Shown here in pieces: positions 45,681 to 59,817 of a stretch of DNA of 64,000 bases. This stretch comes from Callorhinchus milii (lineage: Eukaryota). Below the pieces are notes generated by a model, which ran no database searches, had not been told where the DNA came from, and saw only the letters and a list, made by a program, of their open reading frames with translations. A program made the position numbers and the translations under genes. Within the stretch, counting starts at the first letter, position 1. Each line of letters opens with the position of its first letter. The stretch covers positions 13,020,001-13,084,000 of the forward strand of contig NW_024704752.1 in assembly GCF_018977255.1 (NCBI RefSeq), given 5' to 3'.

Positions 45681-48600
45681 ATTCAGCTGGAAGCCGTGGC
45701 TACCAATCACTGTCCTTTTCTGACTAAAACAGAGGACCCTCAGCACGGTTCAAATATACAGTTCTGAGTCGAAGCACATTTTAAACTCCACAGATTGCAA
45801 TGAACGGTATCAGTGCTATCAGCTGGAAAAGCAAAACGAACCTGAAAATCCAGTGGACAATGGCAAGCCATTGAAATTGTTCCTGCCTTTTTACTCCAGT
45901 AGGTCAAGAATTCTCATTAGAGATGCAAGAGTATGATTGTTGGGACAATACAACAATTATTTTAAGGAGCCTTGTTAACAGTTTCCAGCTTTCAAGCAAC
46001 AAAATTCTAGGGTGTGCAGAGCAGCCGGTTTGAAAAATCGTGGACGATTGCGCAAAGGGATTTCTGTAATAAAAAATGTTTTTAAAAAAAACTTCTAATT
46101 TCTGTCTCCAGATTTAATTGTTTGAACTACCTGCAAGCAAGAGAGTTATCACCCAGGGAATCGCTGGCTGGCAAGAAATCCAGGAAAACACAAAGTATAA
46201 AAAATAATAGCCAACAGAACAACAATCTGGAGGCTAAAATAAATTTGGTGAAACCTGCTGTTTTTCAGGAAGGTGACATCATTCTGCTGAAACTTGGATT
46301 CAATCATTACTCCCTTCTATTGTTCAGTTGTTGCATTAGCTCAGGTTTTCCAATTCATTCTGTCGCGTTCAGTGAAGAAAATTGTTTTTTTGGTGGGAGT
46401 TTGATTATGAGCAATAATTTCATATTTATATAGAGCCATTCACGTTCGGAGGACACCTCAAACCCGTTCACAGAGCCAACTGGTTGTTCAAGCCGGGGCG
46501 TTGGGAGTCAAAGCTGGAGAGAGCACTGATCAGAGTGCTGTGAAGTAATTGTTTGGTTCATTAACCCACTTCATTTAAATTGCCTTATATACTATTTTAG
46601 TCCCTTTGCGGCCTCCATGGCCACTCACCCTAAACTCTGGCTGAAAGGACCAATATATTTCGTATCAGATAAAATAACCTCCCCTCCTCCCCAATCTGTT
46701 CATTACATTGAATATCAGAATCTCACCATACGCAAGAGGCTATTAACAGCACAAAATGGAAATGGCATTTATGAAATGCAGTGAAACAAACCAAGGAATG
46801 TACATTAACTGTGTCTGCCTTACCTAAATCCTAGATTTTTGTGTGTATGTTTTTTTTGGGGGGTGGGGAAAGAAAGAGAATTCTTTAGTCTGTTAATGTG
46901 CCCTTGCCACAGCATAGCGTCTTTTCGTAGACATGTGTCAATGGTGAAAACGTGGCCCATGGAATACCTAAAAACGTCTTGAGAATTTTATTCATACGTA
47001 CTTCACAAGTTCCGAATATACCTGCCTCCAGATTTAGTCTATTGTTGTAAAATCTGACTAATGTCACAAATTCTTTCCTCGTATTTTCCTGCCTCAATCT
47101 AAATCAGACATTGAGATCAGCAACAGGAAAGAGTCACACATTTAAAAGCAATGTTGTGCTTATTGATGCAAAGTTTTACAAAAGGAATCTAGTTTACTTT
47201 TACGTGAAAACCCATTATCTTTTACTTTCATCACTCACAATCCAGGAGATCAGATCGGCGTTAAGTGTCTAATAGTTTGTACAAAGAGTGATGAGTTCAC
47301 TGATGTTTAAATCAACAAGAAACATATTGCTCCGTCGAAAAACACACCGTCAAGTAACTTCCAGTCCATTATTTGGAGCAACCTGTTTAACCGGCCCATA
47401 GGCAATTAAGCTCTTAAAGGTAGTCAACATATCAGATTCCACCCTCACTCCACCCAAGAGCCCATGACAGTCACCAGAAGATCCATCGTACACTAAAGGA
47501 GTTTGTGTGCATTTTATGTAAATTCTTCTGCACGCCAATGAAACATGGAAAATACTGGCATTAATATTAAGCACCTTTGTCAATTCTATTGTTAATAATT
47601 AGTAATAATTCTCATATTTCCAGCTATATAATTTTTTTATTATAAAATAATAAAATACAACGTGCAATGTGGAAATCCTGCTGAGAGTTCAGACCACAAA
47701 CATTGAAAATGTCAACTAAAATATGCTGAGCAAACCTACAGTGTGAGGATAAAGACTCCCCAAATGCTAGTATATTCAGTCAATTGAAGCTTGCCTCACG
47801 TAAATTTCACCCACGAAATAACAATCAATCCATTTTAGAATATATTCTGTGAAGTGCTTTGAGAGATCTCAATGACATGATAAAGTACTGTATAAAATGC
47901 AAGGATTATTATGTTTAAGCAAAAAATGAAATGCCAAAGATATTACCTCTGAATCATTTGCAATTTCTGACCCTGTGCAATGGTAACTCCTACAGATGTA
48001 AGACATCTTGAGGAAACTTGAAATTAATATTGTTCAAAGAATCGCCATCGACATTTTCACAACAGCCAGTAACATGGAAACAGCAGCAGCTATGCAAAAC
48101 ATCTGCTGCATAAACAGACTTTGCAGCCATCTTCAACGGCAGGAGCCAAATGGGTCGTCATAGTCTAAACTGACTTGATAGCATATGGGAAAGTCTCGTA
48201 AGGAGGTTATCCAATTATCAGTTTGATTGATACCAGTGCGGAGACCAAAGAAAAAGGAAAAAGGGGAAGCTAAGAAAATATCTTTTTAAAAAGGGAGCTT
48301 TCCTTGGAGGGTTGGGGGGGAGGGGGGGGGAGAGAAAGAGCGAAAGGCAGAAAAAAATGATCTGAAATTAAAAGGATAACTGGCAGGCACTGACACGAGA
48401 TGAGCTCATCTTTCTTTTGAAGTGTCTTTTTTTCCACTGAGTTCTTAACTGCTGAAAAACATACAACACGTACTTTGAATTTTCTGGCAGACTTAATGGA
48501 AACTTTTAAGTTCTTTAAAAGGGCTCAAGTCCTGTAACAGTTTCATTGGTATCCAGACACCATACAGTCAGTGTAATTTCACTGCCGAAGCAGTTCAATG

Positions 48601-49069
48601 GAAACTCACCAGGTGCCTAGTTTTAATAAGCAAAGCCACAACATTGTGATATGTTACAACAAAATCTTACAGCAGATTATAAACTTGAAAATTAAGATCT
48701 TGGACTGCAAGAAACTGTCTTCATCTGTCTTGAACTGTCAAATGACCAGCTGGCCTCTGCTCAGGGTGGTGTTGTAATAATAATGATAATCCTGCAATTT
48801 AATATAGCGCCTTATTATGTCATCAAGATGTCTCAAAGCACTTCACAGGATATACTGCAAAGTGGACTGTGTATTTTGGGGGCGAAAAGTAATCTGCAAT
48901 AATGAGATGGAGCTAAATCTCTGCAGAACTCACATCCTCAGTTTCAGCTCACGGGGACAGCTTGATAGGAACAACATTTATACGAGGTGTTGCATTACGG
49001 CTTAAAATCCACATCTTAAAGAAATGCTGCTGTAGGGTTTGCCAGTGTATGTTAAATTAACATACTGCT

Positions 49070-49186
49070 TTAGGGACTGCGTGTGTATGTTATGTGAAGG
49101 TGCTGTGTCAATGGCTGTTGATCAGTTGCCATAAAAACAGTTTGCTCCAACTTCCCTTCTGCTGTGAGCCTGAATGTCCGTGTAAT
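49070..49186 (-). CDS. THAP4: THAP4 coding exon 6 (nitrobindin C-terminus with the heme-ligand His motif)
   Basis: ctttgcag|ATT. ITRTFRLTAEGKLEQTVFMATDQQPLTQHLHITYTRSP*. Confidence 0.93.
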   Translation of the reverse strand: MTRTFRLTAEGKLEQTVFMATDQQPLTQHLHITYTRSP

Positions 49187-51514
49187 CTGCAAAGAAAGAA
49201 ACATATCATATAGAAATAGTCAAGGATGCTGATACATTTTGAAAACATGGGCTAAACTCATAACACTATCCTTGGAATCTATGTGTGTGGACAGAAGTGA
49301 ATGTCCCACTATGGAATATTACAAAAAAAACATGTCTGGGCAAAAAAAAACCCCAGCAACATTGAAGGAGTGAAGTCATCTCCACATACTACTGAACCGT
49401 TTAAGTTGTCGATTGGGAGAAAATTATTGCAAGTTATCTTTCAAGATATTTTATACTCCGTACATCCTAGTATTTCCTTTTCCACACTGTCCTTCCTTGG
49501 GATACTCGTGCAACTGGAAAACCTGCAAAGTCTCAAATGGAAGATTTGAGATTTAGGTAGTAAAAGAATAATAATTTCAGCCCTGACATGGCAGGTATTA
49601 GACAAGACCTGCCTGGCCTGAGAAAACTTGGCTTCAAAACACAAACCATTTCCAAAACTTCAGAATTACATCAAAAGTAATCTCTGTCAGAATAAAGATA
49701 ATCTTTTCTAGAGCTAAAGTGCTGCAAAGTAATTTGAGCCATGATCTCAGGAATGGAGCTTCTGTTTGAAGAGTGACACATTTCTTATCTACATGCAGCA
49801 ATTCAGCATCTCTTACGCATTCAGCCAAGGAACATCTTTACACTGGGCAACCAGCCAACAGTCCACCCAAGTTCATATGGAATGGAGAACTGCATCATAT
49901 GCTGGCAGCATTCAATATTTATCGCCAGAAAGGCTGGAGCTGTTTATACTCCTCGAAGGTAAGGCATGTTAATAACTCCTTATAAAAGTAGGGTAGATGA
50001 TGGAAGACCATTTCATACTGAGCGATTTATCCCAACTTCCACACGTCAGAGTAATAGTAACCAACAAACAATTACTTGAATAAATAATTTGAAAACATAA
50101 CCATTCAAAACAGATAACTACGCCTTGACAGGATATTCAGGTCAATACTTGAATCAGTCAAAATTAAGATACATTCTAAGTAATTACGTACAGCACTAAA
50201 TAGAACTTTTATCAACATAGCAGTTTGCCATTCAAAACCAATATCACATCTCATGTAAAACTGAAATTACTACTCGCTGAGCATATGTATATTTGCAATC
50301 GCTGCAATTGTGCAATATAAGCAGTGTAATGGAGTTTTCCGCCTTTTATCTGTGATAAGATCTCAATCTCAAACACAGTGGGAGGGCCAACACTGTGACT
50401 CATTTCAGATGATACACAATTTCTGCAGAAAAGCAGTTACACACAAGACCAGAACAGAACCTTCTCTTTATTCAACCCACCCACCCACAGAAAAACCCTG
50501 AACATTTTCCACTTATTGCTCGAAATAAATTTTTTCCATGATTGCATGGATAGACTGAATAACAACTTTAATTTAGTAGCGTGACTTTTACGTAGAATAA
50601 CATCACGGAGATCTCATCTGACAGTTCAGACAAGGAAGTTGATCTTATTGCAGGAGGGAGGTTCAAAGCACCACTGAAGAGTGATACTGCCACAAGAGTC
50701 AAACATAATGTGTTCCACCTGACAGGAAGCTGTATGCTTCATGCAGCCACTTTGGATTCCCTTTCTTATCAATTATGACATCTCGCTAACTTGTCTTCAG
50801 CTCATGGTTGAAAATACTATAAACATATGCAAAAAATGATGTTTACCTTTAGGAATGCACTTTCCCCAATTTGGAGAAAATTGGAAAAACTCGAATATGA
50901 TTGAAAATGAATGGCAAACAATCAACAGATCTTTAAAAATGATAAGCCTTCAGGGAAATGATGTTACAATCCCAGCCTAGTGCACTGCAGACCTTTCAGA
51001 GGATAAAAAACGGACTGCATTCCTATCATGCTTCTGTTGAAACCCTTCGAGAAGCCAGAGTACAAAGCTTCAATATCCATCTGTTTAGATCAGACAACAC
51101 AGAAAAACTGGATGATGCAATTTCTAGAAGTGAAAGGGCAATGTCTGTTCACTCAAAAATAGAGACTTTCCTCCCATCATTCTATGGCTAGAGATTAGTT
51201 TAGAGATCAAAAGGATGGTGTGTTATCCCAGGTCTTCTCCCGCTAACCTCACTCCTAAAACAAATCTGTGTAAACGTACTGAGGGAATCAATGTTGCATC
51301 CAAACCATTACAGCATCTGTGCAGGCTGTTTGTTTCCAAATGTGTTTGATCAACCAGATTACCTGATTCTGTGGAAAGTAATGAAATATAGACTTCAACC
51401 ACTGAAAACCATTATATTGGCATCACCAGCCTTCAGCACACCTAAACTGTCCATGTTAAATGAATTATTGATGTCCTGGTGCACTGCCAAAGATCATCTA
51501 AAGGCCATTCTGGC

Positions 51515-51608
51515 AAATTACTTGTACTTTCCCACCTTTAGCGATCATTTTCTCTGCAAAATTACTTGTACTTTCCCACCTTTAGCGATCATTTTCTCTG
51601 CAAAATTA
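51515..51608. repeat. Perfect 44-bp tandem duplication
   Basis: aaattacttgtactttcccacctttagcgatcattttctctgca x2, then aaatta. Confidence 0.95.
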
Positions 51609-52270
51609 AAATCTGCTAACCTATGGGAGAAATGTTTTATACAACTCCAGTTACGCTCTGGGAAGGTATCATGTTCCGTTGGTTGGAGGTGCTAACTGTC
51701 GCTCAACTGATGTCTGAAAAGGTGAGTCAGGAAGTAGTAGTTGTATTTGGATATAAAATAGAGAAAAGGTAAGTCATTATTGGCCAATTTTACAATCAGA
51801 TAACTCTTCTCAAGGGCAGAACTAATGGGGGAAAGAAGTTTAGTACTTCACTAGTACTTACTGCTGACACCATTAATCTCCTTTTTCCCCAAATCTCAGA
51901 AGAACATTACATTTTCTTTGAAGGTTACAGTTACCATGAAATGCTTCTCAGCCTGAAGGGCAGACAAGGACTTTCATTAAAAAATAGGTGACCATTGCCC
52001 TCTCTCTTCCCTACCCCTCACTCCACCGCTCCCTGCATATCCAAACACAAGCAGAAAGACTAACTTTCTGTCCAAACTGGATTGAAACCAGAATGCCAGA
52101 GCTGGAAGAATGGTCAATAACCTAGCAAGTCTCCCATGATACAGATTGTTGATATTACTTGTTTGTATTATTCCATCACTTGGAGTTACCTGCCTTGAAG
52201 CTAAGAAAAGTGGGATTAATGTGGTTATAAACAGTGAAGTCACAAATCAAGGGTCAACATCCATTCTTAC

Positions 52271-52374
52271 CTGCTGGACGTGTGGCTCCTTTGCAAAAGA
52301 CATTCTATTCACAGACTGAGAGGCTAGAGTCAGCTCCCGATCTTTCACCTCTCCCTCTTCAATCTCTACAACAC
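52271..52374 (-). CDS. THAP4: THAP4 coding exon 5 (nitrobindin)
   Basis: atccag|GT...CAG|gtaaga. VVEIEEGEVKDRELTLASQSVNRMSFAKEPHVQQ. Confidence 0.94.
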
Positions 52375-55300
52375 CTGGATACGAAACAGAAGGAAATACC
52401 GTACTGTACAGGTAGCAAAATGCATCTAAATATGTTGCATTTGTAAATACATTTCCAAATAATTTTTGTGATGATAGGGGTTACGGACCAGAAGTGAACA
52501 TGGCTGTATTTCTACAGCGTTAAATCCTAGCCAAGCCACATGTGAAACTTTGTTGAGTCAAGTGAAAGATGGGCTCACAAGATGTTCTCCAGTATGTGAT
52601 GGGCATCAAACAATCACAATTAAAGACCGTTTCAACTTCTGTTCTGAACCTTGAAAACTACAAATGCTGCAAAATGTAATGTAAACAGCAGCAAGAACGC
52701 TTAATAGAATACATTAGGTTTACTGTGGGAATAGTCTTATGCTCCGATGGCAGTGAGTTCAAATGTGAACTTCTAATTTAAGAGGGAAGTAGATAAATAC
52801 TTAGGTATTAAGGATATCACAGGGTAATGGAGAAGTGGTCTTTAGTTACAAATCAGCCATGATCTAAGAAAATAGCAGTGCAGACTCGACAGGCCGAATG
52901 GCTTACTCTTGTTCTTATTTTTCCTAGATTAGTGTACTGATGAAATGCAGACCAGGAAGGTCACAGGTTGAATCAATGGCTTGTGCTGAGGTGGCTGATC
53001 TCAATCAAGATATTGATATAGGGACTGAAATTGACCTGTGTTACGGTTGGGAAAGGGGAAAACCTCTTTGAAAGTGGTCGATGGTTATTCAACCAACTCT
53101 AATGTAAAGCAGAAACATAGATCACAGTTTGAGTGGCTTGCACATATTCACTGAGACTCACAATGAAGATTGACCTCTTACATAAGGTATCAAAGAACTC
53201 ATGTTATCTGCAAGCATGAATTACTGACTTCGGTGATAGAGGAGAGAAAAGAATAGTATTTCTCTCCACTTTCTTCGAATGTAATAATAATCCTTGAATT
53301 TGATACTGTGTTCTATCATATCAAAACATCGCAAAGTGCTTCACAAGAATTACTGTTACTATTAATTACTGTGTTTGTTTGTCAGCCACCATAATTCATC
53401 ACCCATCTCCCTTTAAATAGGTAGTCAATGAAGTTTAAAAAACAATGGAACAGTATCCTTTTAATGATTTAGCACCATGCAGACGGTATTTGATTATAGA
53501 TATGGTTCTCATACTGTCTGACGTGTGTTTTGGGAGAATGTGATGCTGCTTTGAAAGATAACTGCACAAAACTAGAGTGGCTTGAGGCAATGAGGAAGTT
53601 GTAGGTGCACAAAATACAATTAGCAAGCTGACTCAGATTGGACAGATAAGGAAGTGGTTGAAAGGAGGATTTTTTGCATGTAGAGGTTAAACTATATAAA
53701 CAATGAGGGAAACCTGTAAAGTAGGGAAACAAATGTTCTTCCTTATTTTTTTTCACATCATTTTTTTCACAACCCAGTCCAGTTTTCACTAATATCAACA
53801 CTCAAGCTGTTCCCTGTCAGTGAGTGAAGTGATAGATAAGAAGGAACCCTGAGTGATTTTCCCTTTTTCCTAATCCTGGGATGTTGAAGTTAATTGTAAT
53901 CTCCCTCACTGTCACCCCAGCTAAGGGCAAATGCCTCACCACAGATCAGGGATGCAAATGGCGATCTGTGGAGCTTGTTTATTATCCTGGCACCATTTTC
54001 ACATACACTAATAAATAATCCTTGCATTTGATATAGTGTCTTTAAATTTAGGGATGAACATCTCAAAGCGCTTCACTTGATTGCTGTAAAGTGTAGTGAT
54101 TGTAGGATAACAAACTGTGACAATTGTAAGATTTCAATAAAGAAATTGTACGAAATAAGTTTGGATCAAATGACATTCGTTTCGACATGTCCGAAACAAA
54201 GGCATCCCTAGATAGTAAAGCTGGATCTTGTGAATGATCTTAGATAAGGATAAAGAACAGTTGAAAGGCATGTAAGAGCATATCTGTCTGGTTTTCTGTC
54301 CTATGTCTAGTCCAAAAATCAAATGGGAGCAGAGAAGGTTTGGATTATAGTCGTTTGATTATAACTTCCAATCTAAGACTTACTTTACTGGGGGCAATGT
54401 TAATTGAAAACTTTAATAACTATTGTTCCACATCAAAAAACAAAAGTGTGGGGGAAAAAAAAACAAAGGACCAAAAAAAAACACCGGTGTCTAATTTGGA
54501 TTTTACAGAGAATATTGCAGATATAAAGTAAATAGAAAGTATGCAACCATTCTGAAAGCTTCCATAGCTTGCTATCACAGTGCAAAGGGAATTCAGCATT
54601 CTCGTTGTTGCATGTTGTATAAATATAGACGTAGAGTGGGTACTTTTAACACAAATCCTTATATAAACTGGGGGACTCCACTGCCAGCTGGCTGGCTCAC
54701 CTAACATGTTGTTACCAACACAATCAATGTACAGTCTGTTACTCTCACAGCCAGCTTGTCATGCCTCAGCATTCAAAAGGTCAAACAAACCACAAGTTAA
54801 CAATAGTAAATTATATTTTTGGCACTCTCAAAAAAGTGTCTCTGTGGCTATTGTACTTCTTATGACACAGAGTGACAGATTCCAGTGGAGGTGTGATTTC
54901 CAGAGAACGTTAGGGGCAACACTTTTGATGGGAACGATATGTAAAGTTGGGCAAAGTATTGGGGGGGGGGGGCTATCAGAACATGAAACTACACAGAGAG
55001 AATATTGAAGCTTAGTTACATTTTCAACTCCAGATAAGTGCATCTTTTCTCCCAAAGTGAAACTTAGCAAGTCTGTACACAGTAGATGTTACCACTTGCC
55101 GACTGCTCCTCCCTTAACAGATTTAAATTCAACAGATTGCTTCCGGCAGGGGAAACCATGCTAACACACTGACAAAGAGCTGAAAGGCTTCAAGTGCTGC
55201 ACCACGTGGCTGTTCATCATGTGTTAGCCTAGACAATGAGTCTTTCCAGACTCTACAAATATAGGGATAGTACAGATTTGTGTATACACCCGACACACAT

Positions 55301-55689
55301 ACAGTTCACAGGAATCATTACAGGACAATCAGGAGCATGAACCCTGGCTATTGTGAGCGTGAATGGTGTAGAAGACAGACACTGTGTATTATCCTTGGTC
55401 ACAGACAAGAATGCTGTAGTAATGGTCCGCATTCTGTTGAATCCAACCAGCTTCCAGTCAGCAGGATTCTTTATCCTTGAAGTGCATGGCTGAGAGAGGG
55501 AAAACAATCCAGTACAATACAATCCAGCTGGATAACTGACACACGCAGAAACCCATTGCCGTGCTTACGAGTATCCAAAAAAGGCAGTTTCATTTATGCA
55601 TGTCACCTAAGCATGGGGATTTCCTTTCCTCTGGAATGCAATGCACACTCCCCAGAGAGATCCACCTGCTCACCTAATTCGAGAAAGGC

Positions 55690-56130
55690 CATTCACCTAC
55701 AAGGCCATTCACGGCCTTGCTCCCTCCTACCTCTCCAACCTACTATCCCCCTACCTACCTGCCCGTACCCTCCGTTCCTCTGGCTCCGGTCTGCTCCACG
55801 TCCCCCGCCCCAACCGCCCTACTATCGGTGGTCGGGCCTTCAGCCTTCAGCCTCTCAGCCCCGAGGCTCTGGAACTCCATCCCCCAGTGCCTTCGCCTTG
55901 CTTCCTCCCTTTCCTCCTTCAAGGCCGGTCTCAAAACCTTTCTCTTTGACCGTGCCTTCAGCTCCCCTCTCGACTCTCTTCCTCCTCCTCGCTCCCTCCC
56001 TTCCCTCCCCTCACCCTGACCATTTTTTATTTCCCCCCTGCTCGGGTCATGACCCAACTGTGCAGCGCCTTGGGACGTCCTCCTGACGTGAAAGGCGCTC
56101 TATAAATGGAATCTTGTTGTTGTTGTTGTT
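55690..56130 (+). mobile_element. L2 LINE 3' fragment (ORF2 C-terminus and (TTG)n tail)
   Basis: FTYKAIHGLAPSYLSNLL...RTLRSS...IGGRAFS, then frameshifted APRLWNSIP...FKAGLKTFLFDRAF; tail aaggcgctctataaatggaatcttgttgttg. Confidence 0.9.
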
Positions 56131-56164
56131 AATCTCAAGTACTGAGATACTGAACATAGATGGT

Positions 56165-56470
56165 ACAATACAATACAAAATTACAGTTGCACAGCGCCTT
56201 TCACATCGGAAGGACGTCCCAAGGCACTGGAAAGTCAGGGGGTCGGGATCGGGGGAGGCTCGAGGGTAGGAGGGTAGCCGAAGGCGCAATCAAAGAGGAG
56301 GGTTTTGAGACATGCCTTGAAGAAGGTAAGAGAAGGAGCAAAGGGAAAGGAATGTGGGACAGAGTTCCAAAGGGTGGGGGTAGAAAGGCTCAAGGCCCGA
56401 CTGCTGATGGTGGGGCGGGCTGGGGGGAGACATGGAGCAGGCCAGTCTGCTGAGCGGAGGAAGAGGACTG
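56165..56470 (-). mobile_element. Second L2 3' fragment, tail-to-tail with the 55690 copy
   Basis: cagcgcctttcacatcggaaggacgtcccaaggcac...aaagaggagggttttgagacatgccttgaag (FKACLKTLLFD on minus). Confidence 0.8.
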
Positions 56471-56523
56471 GTTGATATGGGTTCAGCAGGTCGCAGAGGT
56501 AGGAAGGAGCAAGGCCGTGGTAC

Positions 56524-56633
56524 CTGTATTTTGCGCACTGATGAATGCCACCTTATTAGTGCCAGGCTTGATCCTGATAAATCCAGACTCTCTATGCATT
56601 GGCTTCTTTGTGTCAGGGTCGAAGGCATTAAAT
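56524..56633 (-). CDS. THAP4: THAP4 coding exon 4 (nitrobindin)
   Basis: tttgcag|A...G|gtacca. FNAFDPDTKKPMHRESGFIRIKPGTNKVAFISAQNT. Confidence 0.95.
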
Positions 56634-57468
56634 CTGCAAATAAATGCAGAAAGTTAAATGAGAAGTATTAATGAATAATTTATCTAAGTGGTTTGAAAAG
56701 AAAGAGCGAAGGAAGCTGGGTTGTGTGAGAGAGCACCTCACTTTGATGCTGGAACTGATTTTAACTAATCCTGAACACACAGCCCCCACCATTCTCTGAC
56801 ACATCACATAATGACTCTGTACTTCTCTACCTGAAACATTAACATTCCTGAACATTAAACCTGCTGTTTGAACAGGTAATGACAAAGGACAGCTGGATAA
56901 ATATGATGTGTCGTAAATGAAAATGGGTCAGTATTCTGAGATTTAAGCACACCACGAGTAGCAAATATACCCATCAGCTCGAACATATAGGCATTTAAAT
57001 GTGGTTGCCACATTTTCAAAAGAAAATTAAAAAAATAATAATTTGGTCACTCAATGCGTGACTGTTTGTGGGACACTGCTGTGTGAATTTCGCCCACAAG
57101 ATATACAGTCAATTCACTTTAAAATATATTCTGTGAAGCACTTTAACAAGTCTTGAAGACGTAATAAAGTGCTATACCAAATGTAGGATTATTATGCTTA
57201 TTATTATAATAACGTTTTGCAATCCTCCCTTTCACATGTCGCTGCAAATTTAATTGATGTTCTTCAAAAGAGATTTGTTTCCACCCTTTTCCTTGGAAGC
57301 CCATCCCTTACTAATTTACGAAAATAGATGAGATGTGATGCGACTGATCAGACTGGACACTCCACATAATGCCCGTTCAGAAGACAGTGCTTGACAGTTA
57401 ATATGTATTTCTTGGAAACGACCATTATAAATGTGTTCTATGAAAGAAAGTTAACCACTCGAACTTAC

Positions 57469-57625
57469 GAGAAGTTCAGCATGGGCTGCCCAACATATGT
57501 GATCTGCACTTTCTCCAAGTACGTGAAAGGTCTGATGCTTGGGAAGGAGCCTTCACCTGGGGATTCAGAAATCCAGGTTCCTAACATCCACCAGAGCGGC
57601 TCAATGGCTGGATGTATATGCACAC
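57469..57625 (-). CDS. THAP4: THAP4 coding exon 3 (start of nitrobindin)
   Basis: ctacag|GT...TC|gtaagt. VHIHPAIEPLWWMLGTWISESPGEGSFPSIRPFTYLEKVQITYVGQPMLNF. Confidence 0.95.
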
Positions 57626-59817
57626 CTGTAGAACAAAAAAGCAATTTGTCAATAAGGCAACACAGTATTAGAAGGTTGACCAGCACGCAACCCAAGAAAA
57701 TCACAACCACTAATGACATCCATCTCCTTGAACAAACAACTTAAACAATCATCTGTTCTCCTGGCCATGTGTCATCTCCTCAATAGTTTTGAAAGCTTGA
57801 TAAACATGCCACTAAACAAATATAGCAATTGGGAGGAAAGCCTCAAATGATGATAATTCACAAACCCAGAGTATTATACTCTGTAAAATCTATATGAAAT
57901 AAGCCACATATTAATATGTAAAACCATTCTTGAAAAACATTTAGCAATAATTTAAGCAAAATAATTTACCACTCACAAAGAAAACATTTGCTGCTAGAAG
58001 CCTGGATATAAAGATGACTCAATGGCTGTGGTATCTCTCTGCTGCCTTCTACTGTGAATTCCTATAATTACACTAAAAGCAGGGTCTGATATATTACTCA
58101 ATTTCCTTCCTTTGCCAAGAACCCCCCCCCACCTCAAAATCAAAGGAGCAAGGGAAACTCTGAAGAAGTCAGCGCTACTAACATGTCAAGAGATGCATTT
58201 AAATGCTGAACAAAGAAGTAATGCCTGGAATTTTCCTTCTTGTGGATACAAGCCCACAGCATTGACTCACCCAAGGCAAGGTGACCCAAACTGATAAAAA
58301 CATGTAGTCACTTAGGAACTTAATCCATGCAGGAACTATGCTTCACAATGATTGCAATTATACCATGGATATGAAAACCATAAGGGAGTCTCTGACCCTT
58401 TGCCTGAATTTGGATTGCAAGCTCCTGAAACTGAAATTATTTTGTGACAATCGATCAATTGAGTGCAAAATTGCAGTATACTGTGCCTGTCTAACCCATG
58501 CACTCAACCAGTTGGACAATCTCAATTGGCTGCCGCGTTTCACCCACAAAATACAGTCAATTCACTTTACAGTACATCCTGTGAAGCGCTTTGAGACTTC
58601 TCGAAGATGTGATAAGGCACTATATCAAATGCAAGGATTATTATTCACCATTGCAAAGAGGTACTCGTTGTATAGAAATCATACATGACAGAGCAAATAG
58701 CGGTACAAGGAGCACTATGATATCCTGGACAATCACATCTGATTTACGGCCCCATGCTCATGTCTGGCCCAGTCTCTGTAAAATACTCTGAGGTGCTCCT
58801 CCTCTATGTGGCTTAATGCTCCCCACTCCATATATAAATACAAATCATTGCTAATATTCCGCGACTTATAAAATACTCAGTACTAACCAGGAACTGAGTT
58901 AAAGATCATATTACAAATGGGAGAACCCCAGTAGATTGCAAATCTAGATATTCAAATGAACTTGTACGTGAATCTGTACGTTTAAAGTACTGTAAAATGT
59001 CACCTTCCTGTAACATAAGCAAAAATACTGCAGTTTTACAGTTCAGTTTGGTTAAAAAAAATCTGATTTTACCCTAAAACGCATTTTCCCACGAAACTCA
59101 AATCAGTTAAAAACCATACAGTAACACGTTTATCAACAGCAAGAAGATTATCAACAGCAACCCCAACAGCCTAGGATCACAGTCACCTACATGTCTGAGC
59201 TGGCTCACTGGCCATGACTTGAGTACTCTGTACTGTTCCTCCTCATTCACCTGACAGGAAGCACTCACCTGCAAAAGAGAGAGGCATCTTTCACCTAAGG
59301 AGCCCTGGGAGCTGTAGATCCCCCCCAAGAAAAACCCACCCGCCTCTCGTTACTGGTTATAATAATAATAAGAATCCTTGCCTTTGATGTCACGCCTTAT
59401 CATGTCATTGAGAATAATAAGAATGTGACTCTTATGCATAAATGGAGAAGTAGTAAGTGCCTCTGACCCAGCTTGTGTGCTCCTGGCGTAGGGTTTCCAC
59501 AGCTCATGCTGGGCATTGTAGTTCCTCTGCTTTTCTGCAAGTGCCGTACAGCTTCTCAGGCACTGGAAATAATTGACCCAACGCAAACACGTTGAGGAGG
59601 ATTGGAAGCATGGATCTTTTCTGAAAGCGGGGCATTTTATAAAATGCAGTCACTGGTCTGGACTTTTGTGGACAGGCAGGCACTGGACACGAATAATCTG
59701 GTGCGCCACAAATCAGCACCAAATACGTTACTGACAATTTGGAACCTTACCTCTCCCATACTGCTGACTCAATGCTATGGTAATCCTCTGTTAACTCACT
59801 CAAGTGACCATTCTTCA

